DNA from: Candidatus Bathyarchaeota archaeon
GTDB taxonomy: Archaea > Thermoproteota > Bathyarchaeia > TCS64
Direction: 5' to 3'
DNA: 64,000 bases
Assembly: GCA_963769425.1 (NCBI GenBank)
Contig: CAVYLP010000006.1
Span: 192,001-256,000 of the forward strand
Positions 1 through 9,719 of the stretch are shown here, piece after piece (the first letter of the stretch is position 1; the number at the start of each line of letters is the position of its first letter). The notes beneath the pieces are model-generated. The model ran no database searches and was not told where the DNA came from. It saw only the letters and a list, made by a program, of their open reading frames with translations. A program made the position numbers and the translations under genes.

Positions 1-325
1 GTCCCTTCGACTTGAACTGGGGGAACTTGCCCGTGCACATGACGACTGTGAGCCTGATTCCCTGAGACTCCAGTAGGTCGAGCTTCTCCTGCATCAGGGG
101 GAGGATGTACTTCTTTGTGATCTTGATCTCGGTGCCATCCCTCATCCTGCTGACGAGGATGTAGTCCTCGACCCTGAGTGGGATCTTCTTCACGTCCTCC
201 ATCGTCATCCTGTCGAGGGCGCCGGCCTCGACTATCTCGACGTTCTTCCCGAGGATCTCCTTTAGCCCGGGGAGGATGTCGTCGCGGGGCGACTGCCCGA
301 TCGTGAGCATCCCGATCTTCTTCAT
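1..325 (-). CDS. AroM family protein (3' end outside window)
   Basis: Manual translation MKKIGMLTIGQSPRDDILP...GALD...LVSRMRDG...VVMCTGKFP matches AroM-family motifs. Confidence 0.75.
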   Translation of the reverse strand, partial: MKKIGMLTIGQSPRDDILPGLKEILGKNVEIVEAGALDRMTMEDVKKIPLRVEDYILVSRMRDGTEIKITKKYILPLMQEKLDLLESQGIRLTVVMCTGKFPQFKSKG

Positions 326-365
326 GTCGAGATGAGAGACGCGTCTCCCCCGTTAAAATCTTCGG

Positions 366-3234
366 CTAGACGAAGCGCTTCTTTAGTGCGTCGCGCTCGG
401 CTTCCACGATCTTGTTGAAGAACTCGTCCGACTCGCCCTCCGTCTGGGCGAGGATGTCCCAGGCGGCGGTGAGGTCGACGCGCTTCGCAGACCCAATGAT
501 TGCGGCCCTGCGCCCGTACATGGAGACGAGTTTGCTGACATCCTTCCCCCTCTCCCACCACTTAGGCTTCTCCTTCGAGGTACGGCTCCTCTCCTGTCCT
601 AGTAGCTCCTGTACCTCTTCCATTGAGCGGTCGTAGACGGCGATCTCGGTTGAGCCGCAGTTGGGGCAGACGAGCTTCTCGGGGAGTTCACGTACCTGCT
701 CTGCCTCGGCCCAGTCGTGCTTCCCGTTACAGGCAAGTATCCGGGTCTCACCGTAGAGTCGGGCCTTCGCGGACTCGAGTATGATCCGGTCCATCTTCTC
801 GGGGGGGACGATGTCGGTCTTCATGCTGATGCCCTCGACCGCCATCTTGCCCAGCGGGGTAAGTTGCCCCTCCGTGTCGAGGACTACGATCTCGATCTCC
901 CCCTCCGCCATCTTCTTCAGGAGGTTGATGGTGCCCTCGACGTCTAGGTCGAGCCTGTAGGTGTCCTTTAGCGCCTCCTCGTAGACGGCGGAGTTCTCGA
1001 AGCTCTTCAAGAGGCGGCCGAGTGTGATGTTGCTGAAGTCGGCGAACTTGCTCAGGGCGCCTGCCTTGCGGGCGACGTTGATGAGGCGTCTCTTGAATAG
1101 CCCCGTCTTGGTGACGGCGTCCTCTATGATCTTCTCTACGTCCTTGTTTGCGAGGGTCTTGAGCATCCGGGCGACGTACTTGGAGTCTATCTCGCCCACG
1201 GTCTGGGTCGCCATCATGTAGGTCTCCTGCTGGACGCCTACGGGGTAGCCCGTCTCCTCGCTGATGATGTGGCCGATGACTCTGGCGAGCGTCCTGTTGA
1301 CGAGTGTGCCGAAGTTGGCGTGTATGAGGACGTTGTCTTCCCACTCCTCGAGCAGGACGCGCTTGTCCGTGGGGGCGGGGTGGCCTGCTTTGTGGTGGTC
1401 GACTTGCTCCCTTATGGCACGCTCCATCGTCGACTGTGAGGCGGGGTAGACCTCCGCCAGCTTCGCGGCTATCGTCCTCGTCGAGTCGCCCGTTGGTGAG
1501 CCCGTCCTCGATCTGCGCCTTGATCCTCCCAACCTCAAGTGCGACCTCAAGCGGTACGGGGATCTCTTCTCCGATCCAGCTCGGGATTGCCCCCGTCGGG
1601 TCGTCCTCCGCCTTGACGTAGATCTTGTCGTTGTGGACGTTCAGGATCTTCCAAGCCCGGCCGCGGAGGGTGAACTTGACACCCGGCTTCGCGTACTCCG
1701 CCACGAAGGCCTCCTGAAGCACGCCGACGGGGGACTCGTCCTTCGCCTCGAGGACGAGGTAGTCCTTCTCGTCGGGTATCATGCTCAGGTTGTTGAAGAA
1801 GTAGGTGTAGATGGTCTTCCGGCTGCCCCTTGGGCGGATGATGACCTCGTCCTCCGCCGAGACCCACGCGAGGCGCGGGAACCTGTTGTGCATGTAGCTG
1901 GCGACGAACTTCACGTCCTCGGTGGTGAGGTCGCGGAACGGGTAGGCGTTCTTGAAGAGGTTGGCGACCTGGAGGAAGTAGAGGCGTCCTCGGGCCATCA
2001 GCTCCGCCGTAATCTGGTTGACCATAACGTCGTAGGGTTTCTCGGGGACCCTGAGAGGCTCCATGACCTCGCCGAGGGCGCGGCGGCAGATCACCATCGA
2101 CTCGAATGCGTCGTCGCTGTTCAGGCTGATGATCACGCCCTTGCTGACCCTTCCGAGGCGGTGCCCGCTGCGGCCCACACGCTGGAGGAGCCGGGTGACC
2201 TGCCTCGGGCTGTTATACTGGATGACTAGGTCGATGCTGCCGATGTCGATGCCCAGCTCTAGGCTGCTCGTGCAGATGACGGTGCGGAGGTTCCCCTCTT
2301 TAAGCCCCTGCTCCGCAGCTATCCTGCTCGTCTTCGCGAGAGAACCGTGGTGGATACTTACCGGGAACTCGGTGTCCCATAGATTGAATCTACTAGCCAG
2401 CATCTCGCTCGTGCTGCGCGTGTTCGTGAACACGAGGGTCGTCTGGTGCTCCTCGATTAGGCGGCGTATGGCGCGCAGCCTCGCAGAGACCTCTGGGTGG
2501 GTGAAGAGGGTAGTCGCCGTCTCGAAGTCTTCCGCCTCCGGCTCGGGGAACATTATCTCGAACCGGGTCTCCCTGAGGGCCGAGACCTGAATGATCTCCA
2601 CCGGCCTGTTCGTCCCCGCCAGGAACTGGGCCACCTTATCGGGGCTACCGATCGTGGCGCTTAGCCCAATCATCTGGGGCGGCTCCGGTGTCAACTCCCT
2701 CAGCCTCTCAAGCGCGAGGGAGAGCTGGCTCCCCCTCTTGTTATCCGCCAACTCGTGGATCTCGTCGATGATTATCCAGCGTACGCTCTTCAGGTACTGC
2801 TTGAGCGTCCTACCGAGGAGGATGGCCTGTAGGGTCTCAGGCGTCGTGATGAGCATGTCGGGGGGGCTCGTCCTCTGCCTGTTCCGCTCCTGGTCACCCG
2901 TGTCCCCGTGGCGTATCCCGAGCTTGATGTCGAGCCGGTTGCACCAATAGGTCATCCTATCGAGGATGTCCCTGTTCAGGGCGCGTAGGGGGGTGATGTA
3001 GAGGATGCTTATCCCCGGCCTCCTCTGCCCCGACATGAGGAAGCGATCCATGACTGGAAGCATCGCCGCCTCCGTCTTCCCCGTCGCCGTCGCCGAAATG
3101 AGGAGGACGTTCTTCCCCTCGAGGATGAGTGGTATCATCCTCCTCTGCGGCTCCGTCGGCTCCGTGAACCCACGCTCCTCTAGGAGACGCCGAACCGGCC
3201 TGCAGAGCTGCTGGAAGACATTCCCCTCGGCCAA
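366..3234 (-). CDS. lhr: Lhr-like ATP-dependent DEAD/H helicase, frameshifted near 1470-1495
   Basis: ATGKT Walker A, DEIH, SAT, HHGSL and QRVGRSGH in ORF 748-3234; C-terminal half with Zn ribbon continues in ORF 366-1550. Confidence 0.9.
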
Positions 3235-3354
3235 AGCGTAGAGACCTTCAGTCAGCCTAGATAAAAACCATATCCAAAGGACTTGAGGAGGTAGATGTAA
3301 CTCTTTTTACTACGTTTTTATACTACTGAATCGTATTACTTTTAGGTAGTAAAT

Positions 3355-3585
3355 ATGACGGAGATGGCGACGGTATCAGCAAAGATAGAGAAGAAGAAAA
3401 AGGAGGAGATGGAACAGCTCGGCATCAGCCCCTCCGACGTCATAAAAAAGGCCGTCGACGATGCAATCAGAGAGAAGAAGAGGACGATACTCATCAACGA
3501 CATGAATGAGGCGGGGAAGCTCATCAAGAACATACCCAAGGAGAGATGGGTACAGGCCATACGGGAGTCCCGTGACGAGCGTTGA
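3355..3585 (+). CDS. VapB-type antitoxin
   Basis: 76 aa, RHH-like N-terminus, ends AIRESRDER, overlaps the downstream PIN gene by 4 nt. Confidence 0.75.
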   Translation: MTEMATVSAKIEKKKKEEMEQLGISPSDVIKKAVDDAIREKKRTILINDMNEAGKLIKNIPKERWVQAIRESRDER

Positions 3586-3977
3586 GCCTACTCTTCGACT
3601 CCTCAGCGATCATCAACCTCAGCCACGAGGGAAAGACGGAGCTGTACATCGACCACTTCACCACACCCCTCGCCCAGTACGAGATAGGAAACGCCGTATG
3701 GAAGATGGTGAACCTCACCCACGAAATGACCGAGGACGCCGGTAAACAATACCTTGCAAAGACCCTGGAAACCCTCCAATTCATGACCGAGATAAAAATA
3801 GACGACGCTGAAACGGTGCTAGAGATCGCGTCCAGAGAGCATCTCAGCTACTACGATGCATCCTTCATCCACGCAGCCATCGTATCGGCATCCATCCTCG
3901 TCACAGACGACCTCAAACTAAGAAGAGCAGCGACCAAGTACCTCAAAACCACAGACAGCCAACACGTTCAACAGTAA
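3582..3977 (+). CDS. vapC: VapC PIN-domain toxin
   Basis: LLFDSSAII, YEIGNAVWK, SYYDAS and LVTDD PIN motifs. Confidence 0.85.
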   Translation: MSLLFDSSAIINLSHEGKTELYIDHFTTPLAQYEIGNAVWKMVNLTHEMTEDAGKQYLAKTLETLQFMTEIKIDDAETVLEIASREHLSYYDASFIHAAIVSASILVTDDLKLRRAATKYLKTTDSQHVQQ

Positions 3978-4279
3978 TAGTTCTAACCACTCAAGATCAA
4001 AACATTCTCGCACCTCACCGCCTAAGGAGCCAGGAAAAGCCCTAAACTACCAAACAAGCGAGAATAACCGGAAACGTAACGGCGGCGAAGGCACCCCATC
4101 CTCATACACTGCACGCACGACGCCGAGACAAGACCCAACAACGACTAAAAACCAACGAAAATGCAGCATTAACGACGCCCTAAAACATACATAGATTTAA
4201 AGGCAAGTAAGACGACCCATCACTCCGTATATTCGGGCTCCGTAAGGTGGCCGACTATACAAAGAAAGGAGTGAATAGA

Positions 4280-4447
4280 ATGGATTACCGCGAAAGGCGC
4301 AGCTTCGACCGTGGACCACGGGAGATGCACAAGGCGACTTGCTCAGACTGTGGAAAGGAATGTGAAGTTCCCTTCAAGCCAACAGAGGGCAGGCCCGTCT
4401 ACTGCAACGAATGCTTCGCTAAGCACAGGCCACCGAGAAGGTACTAA
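4280..4447 (+). CDS. CxxC-x17-CxxC zinc-ribbon protein
   Basis: REMHKATCSDCGKECEVPFKPTEGRPVYCNECF; SD-like AGGAG upstream. Confidence 0.9.
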   Translation: MDYRERRSFDRGPREMHKATCSDCGKECEVPFKPTEGRPVYCNECFAKHRPPRRY

Positions 4448-4577
4448 GCCCGAAAGTGAGCCGCATGCGGGACACGCCCGCGCGAGGATCATTTTTTTAA
4501 ATTTTTTATGAATAAAAAAAGGCAAAGCCACAACACCTTTTTAATCACCACCCAACTCACCGAAGGGTTGAGGAACC

Positions 4578-6032
4578 ATGACCGGGAACCAATCCTCAGA
4601 GAAGAAGGAACTCATCAAGAAGGAGAACTTTAGCGAGTGGTATGATAACCTACTACTCGAGGCGAAGATAGCCGACGACCGCTACCCCGTCAAGGGTTTC
4701 ACGGTCTACACTGGCTGGGGCTTCGCTACTGCAAAGCGCATCATCGCGATGCTGGAGGATAAGCTGGACGCCTCGGGGCATGAGCCCATGCAGTTCCCGG
4801 TTGTCATACCTGAGGACAGCTTCCAGAAGGAGGAGGAGCACATCAAGGGCTTCAGCGGCGAGGTCTTCTGGATCACACACGCCGGTGAGAACGAGCTCGA
4901 GAGGAGACTCGTCCTCCGCCCTACGAGTGAGACTGCCATCTACCCGATGTTCAAGCTCTGGACGAGGAGCCACGCCGACTTACCGATACGGATGAACCAG
5001 ACCTGCAACGTCTACCGCTACGAGACCAGGGCCACGCGCCCACTCTACAGGGGGCGTGAGTTCCTCTGGAACGAAGGCCACACTGCTCATGCAACATACG
5101 ATGAGGCTGAAGCCAACGTCAAGATGGCCATCGATATCTACAGCCAGGTCTACGATACCCTCGGCCTTAGCTACATCCGCCTCAAGCGCCCCGACTTTGA
5201 CAAGTTCGCTGGGGCAGACTACAGTGTCGCATTCGACGCCTGGAACCCAGACGGTAAAGCCAACCAGATCGGTACCGTCCACCAGCTTGGCTACAACTTC
5301 GGGAAAGCATTCGAGATCACCTACGAGAACGAGAAAGGTGAGCAGGTAAATGCGACTAACACCTGCTACGGGATGGGCTTCGGCAGAACCCTCGCCGCGG
5401 TCATAAGTCAACATGGTGACGACCACGGCCTCATACTTCCGCCGGTGATTGCCCCGAAGCAGGTAGTTATCATCCCGATACCTGTCAAGGGGAAGGAAGA
5501 TATCGCCAAAGGCTACGCACACGAGGTCCAGAAGGTCCTAATAGACGCTGGAATCAGGGCTGTGACCGACGACGATGACAGACTCCGCCCCGGAGAGAAG
5601 TATTACAAGTGGGAGATGTTCGGCGTCCCACTCAGGATAGAGGTCGGCCCACGCGAAGCGGACTCTAAAACAGTTACCTTCGTCAGAAGGGACACCTTCG
5701 AGAAGAGCAAAGCCGAGCTCAAAGACCTGCCAAACGCAACGAAGATCCTCTTCGGTTTGATCCAGGAAAGCCTCGTGTTGAGGAGCAGGAAGGTGTTCGA
5801 GGAGCGCCTCACCACGGCGTCCACGACGGAGCAGCTCCGCGACTACATGGAGCAGAAGAAGCTCGTCCGAATAAACTGGTGCGGCGACGTAAGCTGCGCT
5901 GAGAGGCTGAAGGAGAAGGTGAGCGGCGAGATCAGGGGAACCCTCTGGGATAGACATGAGGAGCCCACAGGACCGTGCATAGTCTGCGGGGACAAGGCCA
6001 AGAGCGTGGCCTACGTCTCCAGAACCTATTAG
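4578..6032 (+). CDS. proS: Prolyl-tRNA synthetase (archaeal/eukaryotic type)
   Basis: LRPTSET, YRYE..TRPL..REFLW, anticodon domain and C-terminal Zn motif. Confidence 0.97.
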   Translation: MTGNQSSEKKELIKKENFSEWYDNLLLEAKIADDRYPVKGFTVYTGWGFATAKRIIAMLEDKLDASGHEPMQFPVVIPEDSFQKEEEHIKGFSGEVFWITHAGENELERRLVLRPTSETAIYPMFKLWTRSHADLPIRMNQTCNVYRYETRATRPLYRGREFLWNEGHTAHATYDEAEANVKMAIDIYSQVYDTLGLSYIRLKRPDFDKFAGADYSVAFDAWNPDGKANQIGTVHQLGYNFGKAFEITYENEKGEQVNATNTCYGMGFGRTLAAVISQHGDDHGLILPPVIAPKQVVIIPIPVKGKEDIAKGYAHEVQKVLIDAGIRAVTDDDDRLRPGEKYYKWEMFGVPLRIEVGPREADSKTVTFVRRDTFEKSKAELKDLPNATKILFGLIQESLVLRSRKVFEERLTTASTTEQLRDYMEQKKLVRINWCGDVSCAERLKEKVSGEIRGTLWDRHEEPTGPCIVCGDKAKSVAYVSRTY

Positions 6033-6098
6033 TAACGAAGGACTTCAACGCTTCCACTTATAGCAAGACCAATCTGGAACAACCGACAAGAGTGAGAT

Positions 6099-6635
6099 GT
6101 GGAGCCCGTCTACCAACCCTCGGATGACTCATACCTTCTGAGCAAGTACGTTGAGCGTCTTGTGGAGGGGCGTGTCCTCGACATGGGGACAGGCAGCGGT
6201 ATTCAGGCGGTGACCGCCGCCATGAAGCCAGTAGTGAGCCACGTTTTAGCCGCAGACATCAACCCGCTGGCGATAGAGGCAGCGAGGGCAAGAGCGAGGG
6301 ACGCTGGTGTACTCGGTAAGATGGAGTTCGTCGTATCGAATCTCTTCGATAACGTGAAGGGCTTCTTTAACTGGATTGTGTTCAACCCTCCATACCTTCC
6401 GTCAGAGGATGATTTGCTTGATCGCACCTGGGATGGGGGTCAGAGTGGTGCAGAGATAATAGAGCGTTTCCTCAAGGATGCGCGTGGTCACCTGAATCCT
6501 AACGGCTCCATCTTGTTAGTGTTTTCCTCTGAGACCGGAATCACTCCAGAGGGTCACGGTTACAAATGGGAGGTACTCGAAGAGGCCCCCCTCTTCTTCG
6601 AGACTCTATACTGCGTGAGACTCAGCCCATTTTGA
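6099..6635 (+). CDS. HemK2/PrmC-like SAM-dependent methyltransferase
   Basis: VYQPSDDS, LDMGTGSG and FNPPY motifs. Confidence 0.9.
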   Translation: MEPVYQPSDDSYLLSKYVERLVEGRVLDMGTGSGIQAVTAAMKPVVSHVLAADINPLAIEAARARARDAGVLGKMEFVVSNLFDNVKGFFNWIVFNPPYLPSEDDLLDRTWDGGQSGAEIIERFLKDARGHLNPNGSILLVFSSETGITPEGHGYKWEVLEEAPLFFETLYCVRLSPF

Positions 6636-6930
6636 GGCCGATGGCGAAGCCTACCAAGAAGCTGGCTGCGAAGGGGAGGTTACCGATTATAACACTAAAT
6701 ACACCTTCCAGCTGACCTACCTGGCCTATAACGCCATTAGCCCAGTCCTGAAGGGCAGAGTAGTTGATGTTAATTATCCCCTTGTATGCGAGAATCTCTA
6801 CGACGAGGAAGGCAATACCGAGGACAATAGCGATGAGCTTCCCAATCTTCTTCAACGCGTACCCAGTGCAGAGCCCAGCGATTCCACCGACTCCAAGTTG
6901 TGTTAGTAATGGAGTGAGAATTTCCACCAT
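6622..6930 (-). CDS. FUN14 family membrane protein
   Basis: QLGVGGIAGLCTGYALKK...GFAIGLK. Confidence 0.85.
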   Translation of the reverse strand: MVEILTPLLTQLGVGGIAGLCTGYALKKIGKLIAIVLGIAFLVVEILAYKGIININYSALQDWANGVIGQVGQLEGVFSVIIGNLPFAASFLVGFAIGLKMG

Positions 6931-6975
6931 GGCTGGTCGATCATGAATATTGCTTACGAGATTTAAGCTGGAGCC

Positions 6976-7923
6976 TTAGGCGGAGACTATATGCGTCCCC
7001 GTCTTATCCTCGAGTGCGTCAACTGCCTTCGCGAGGCTCGTGATTATGGCACGTTCACCACCCCTCTCGACGAAGCCGAGGGCAGCCTCCACTTTGGGGC
7101 CCATGCTACCAGCCCCGAAGTGCCCCTCAGAGAGGCGCTTCTTAGCCTCGGGGACGGTCATCCTACGGATTGGGGCCTGCGTCGGTTTACCGTAGTTCAT
7201 CATTGCGTACTCGACGTCTGTGAGTATGAGGAGGATGTCTGATCCCACTTCCTCAGCGAGCTTTGCACCCGCCCTATCCTTGTCGATTACGGCATCTACG
7301 CCCTCGAGCTTGCCTAACTTGTTTCTGTAGACAGGTATGCCGCCACCCCCTGAAGCTATTACGATCATCCCTGCCTCCACCATCGTCCTGATGGCTTTAG
7401 CCTCGGCGATTCCAAGGGGGGTTGGTGACGGGACGACTCGCCTCCAGGTCTTGTCTCCTGTTGGTCTCACCTTCTTGACTACCCATCCACGCTCCGTAGA
7501 TAGTTTCTTAGCGATCTCTTCTGTGTAGAAGGGGCCGACAGGCTTTGTAGGGTCCTTAAAGTCTGGATCCTCGGGACTTACAAGCACCTGCGTGACTATG
7601 GTTGCTACCTGCTTGCCGTCACCGTCTAGTATGTTGTGGAGGGTCTGCTGCATCATGTAGCCTATCTGACCCTGCGTCATGGCGCCTAGGACGACTAATG
7701 GTTGGGATGGCACCTGATCAGAGGCCGCTTCCTGCTGGATGGCGAGGTTCCCCACCTGTGGTCCGTTGCCGTGTGTAATGACGAGGTCGTAGCCATGCCT
7801 CACAAGCTGCGCGATCTGTCTACAGGCGGTCTCGACGTTCTTCATCTGTTCCTCGAAGGTTCCCTTCTCGTCGGGTTGCTTGATTGCGTTCCCGCCGAGG
7901 GCGACTAAGACACGCTTTCCCAT
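6976..7923 (-). CDS. arcC: Carbamate kinase
   Basis: ALGGNA, THGNGPQVG, PTKPVGPFY, AVIDKD, GSMGPKV. Confidence 0.95.
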   Translation of the reverse strand: MGKRVLVALGGNAIKQPDEKGTFEEQMKNVETACRQIAQLVRHGYDLVITHGNGPQVGNLAIQQEAASDQVPSQPLVVLGAMTQGQIGYMMQQTLHNILDGDGKQVATIVTQVLVSPEDPDFKDPTKPVGPFYTEEIAKKLSTERGWVVKKVRPTGDKTWRRVVPSPTPLGIAEAKAIRTMVEAGMIVIASGGGGIPVYRNKLGKLEGVDAVIDKDRAGAKLAEEVGSDILLILTDVEYAMMNYGKPTQAPIRRMTVPEAKKRLSEGHFGAGSMGPKVEAALGFVERGGERAIITSLAKAVDALEDKTGTHIVSA

Positions 7924-8068
7924 AGTTACGCTTCCTTGGAAGGAATAAGCGTTAAACGAAGGTCGTTAAAAACAGTTGCCCTAAATGGGACAGAAAATGG
8001 TTCTATGAGATGTGGATGGAGCTACTTTATCCCCACTCTCAATCGGACTTCGTTTGGTACTTGACCGA

Positions 8069-8740
8069 TTACACCAGTTGAATTAAGGATATTGCTTTCG
8101 TCGGGCAGGTGCTTACGCAGAGTCCGCATCCAAAGCATAGATCCTTGTCGTACTCAAGTTTCCCGTTGACCACTTTTCGGGCCCCGAAGTGGCAACGGTC
8201 TTCACATTTTCCACAGGATATGCACTTCGATTCATCAGTGATTGTCGTAGCTATTGACTTGAGGATGTGGGGTGCCATGCCGAATCGTAGTGTCGCGCCG
8301 AGGATGCTGCAGCAACAGGAGCAGCAGTTACAAATATAGTTCACGCCCTCAGGCTTCGGGGTATCTGTGCGAATGTACGCCATAGGGACGAGCCCAGCCT
8401 CATGTGCTCTCGTGACCGCGTCGAGTGCCTCCTCGATGGTTACCTCCCTCGATGTTCCGCGGGCGATTCCCTTCTCCGCCGCGTCGTTCAGCTGCACACA
8501 GACATCCAGGGGCGCGTCACAGTGGTGTTTTGCTGAACGGCATGGGCAGTTCTGAATGGCAATCTTATGAGCTTTCTCCAGGTATCGCTTGACGCTTTCG
8601 AGGTTCAGCACCGTGTTGTTTAGCTTGATCTCCTCGTAGACTGGCAATGCAATGCCTGCTGCAGTTGCCTTCACGTTGTTGTTCGCCCATCCGGGCTCCC
8701 AGTCGTCCTCGAACCTGTATCCTGGTTGTTTATGCGCCAT
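8069..8740 (-). CDS. 4Fe-4S dicluster-binding protein
   Basis: CPCR, ICNCCSCCC and two CxxCxxCxxxC ferredoxin motifs. Confidence 0.85.
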   Translation of the reverse strand: MAHKQPGYRFEDDWEPGWANNNVKATAAGIALPVYEEIKLNNTVLNLESVKRYLEKAHKIAIQNCPCRSAKHHCDAPLDVCVQLNDAAEKGIARGTSREVTIEEALDAVTRAHEAGLVPMAYIRTDTPKPEGVNYICNCCSCCCSILGATLRFGMAPHILKSIATTITDESKCISCGKCEDRCHFGARKVVNGKLEYDKDLCFGCGLCVSTCPTKAISLIQLV

Positions 8741-8780
8741 TTTTCGTTTTCCCTTTATTTGATACGTGTGTCACATAAAT

Positions 8781-8831
8781 AATCTCATAAAGGAATATAA
8801 CCAAGAGGGTTATTTTCATAACTATGAGATT
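8781..8831. promoter_or_regulatory. Putative operator (inverted repeat) between the divergent Fe-S gene and the ArsR regulator
   Basis: AATCTCATA (8781-8789) and TATGAGATT (8823-8831), the latter overlapping the regulator start codon. Confidence 0.4.
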
Positions 8832-9591
8832 GGACGGGGAGATCGATGAACTTCGTAAGGAGCTGGGTAAGTTCCGGACAGAGACGAGGCAACATCTCGA
8901 AGCCATCGAGGGAGAAGTGACCAAACAGGTCAGCCTAAACTACAACCACACAATAACAGACTACCTTGTAGACGTATCCTCGGATGCGGTACGTAATCTC
9001 AAGTGCGACAGAGGGTTGGAGGAGTCGGAGTGCAAGGCAATGCTCACGCAGCATCAGCAACGCTTCACTACTCTACTAAAGACGGGTAGATTCGACGACT
9101 CTTACACAGAGCTCAAACAGGTGCAGGAGAAGATGCGCCAATTTAAGGCGATGATGAAGGAGCAGGGCAGAGAAGGCTGCATTAATTGTATCCAGAACGA
9201 ACTCGATGTGCTCGCCTCAAGCGAGAGGCTTCTAACCCAGCTTCGCTCGATAGACTCACCCGCCGTAACTCTAGAGCAGGGAAGGACCACGGTGGATAGT
9301 TTAGACCCTGTTAGAGCTGCAGAGCAGCTTCTCGATCCATTGAGTAACAAGACACGGCTCATGATCTTGAAGAGTGTATTCAAGGGTGAGAATCGATTCA
9401 CTGACTTCATAAATGTAACTGGTTTAGATGGGGGGCAACTTCTATACCATATTCGAAAGCTGGTGAATTCGGGGCATCTCAAACAGTTTGAGTCCAAGGA
9501 CTATGTTTTGACGAGGATGGGGATGCGCTCTATGATGCTCGTAGCACAACTCAATCAGGAGCTTTCAGACTCGGACCAATACATAAGCTAG
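8824..9591 (+). CDS. ArsR-family winged-helix transcriptional regulator
   Basis: C-terminal LDPLSNKTRLMIL...GGQLLYHIRKL wHTH; Cys-containing N-terminal helical domain. Confidence 0.8.
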   Translation: MRLDGEIDELRKELGKFRTETRQHLEAIEGEVTKQVSLNYNHTITDYLVDVSSDAVRNLKCDRGLEESECKAMLTQHQQRFTTLLKTGRFDDSYTELKQVQEKMRQFKAMMKEQGREGCINCIQNELDVLASSERLLTQLRSIDSPAVTLEQGRTTVDSLDPVRAAEQLLDPLSNKTRLMILKSVFKGENRFTDFINVTGLDGGQLLYHIRKLVNSGHLKQFESKDYVLTRMGMRSMMLVAQLNQELSDSDQYIS

Positions 9592-9719
9592 ATAGAGCAA
9601 GCTAAGCGAGACCAAGGGTTATATCAGGGGATACTTTTAATATAAAATACCCCAAAATGGGGCTGAAAATGGTTTTTATAAAACGTAGAGGAGTTATTTT
9701 ATCTCCGCGCGCGCTGTGC

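Noticed and set aside
3300-3977. VapBC module with TACTAC/GTAGTA operator-like repeats as a novel system
   Set aside because: Ordinary archaeal type II toxin-antitoxin pair.
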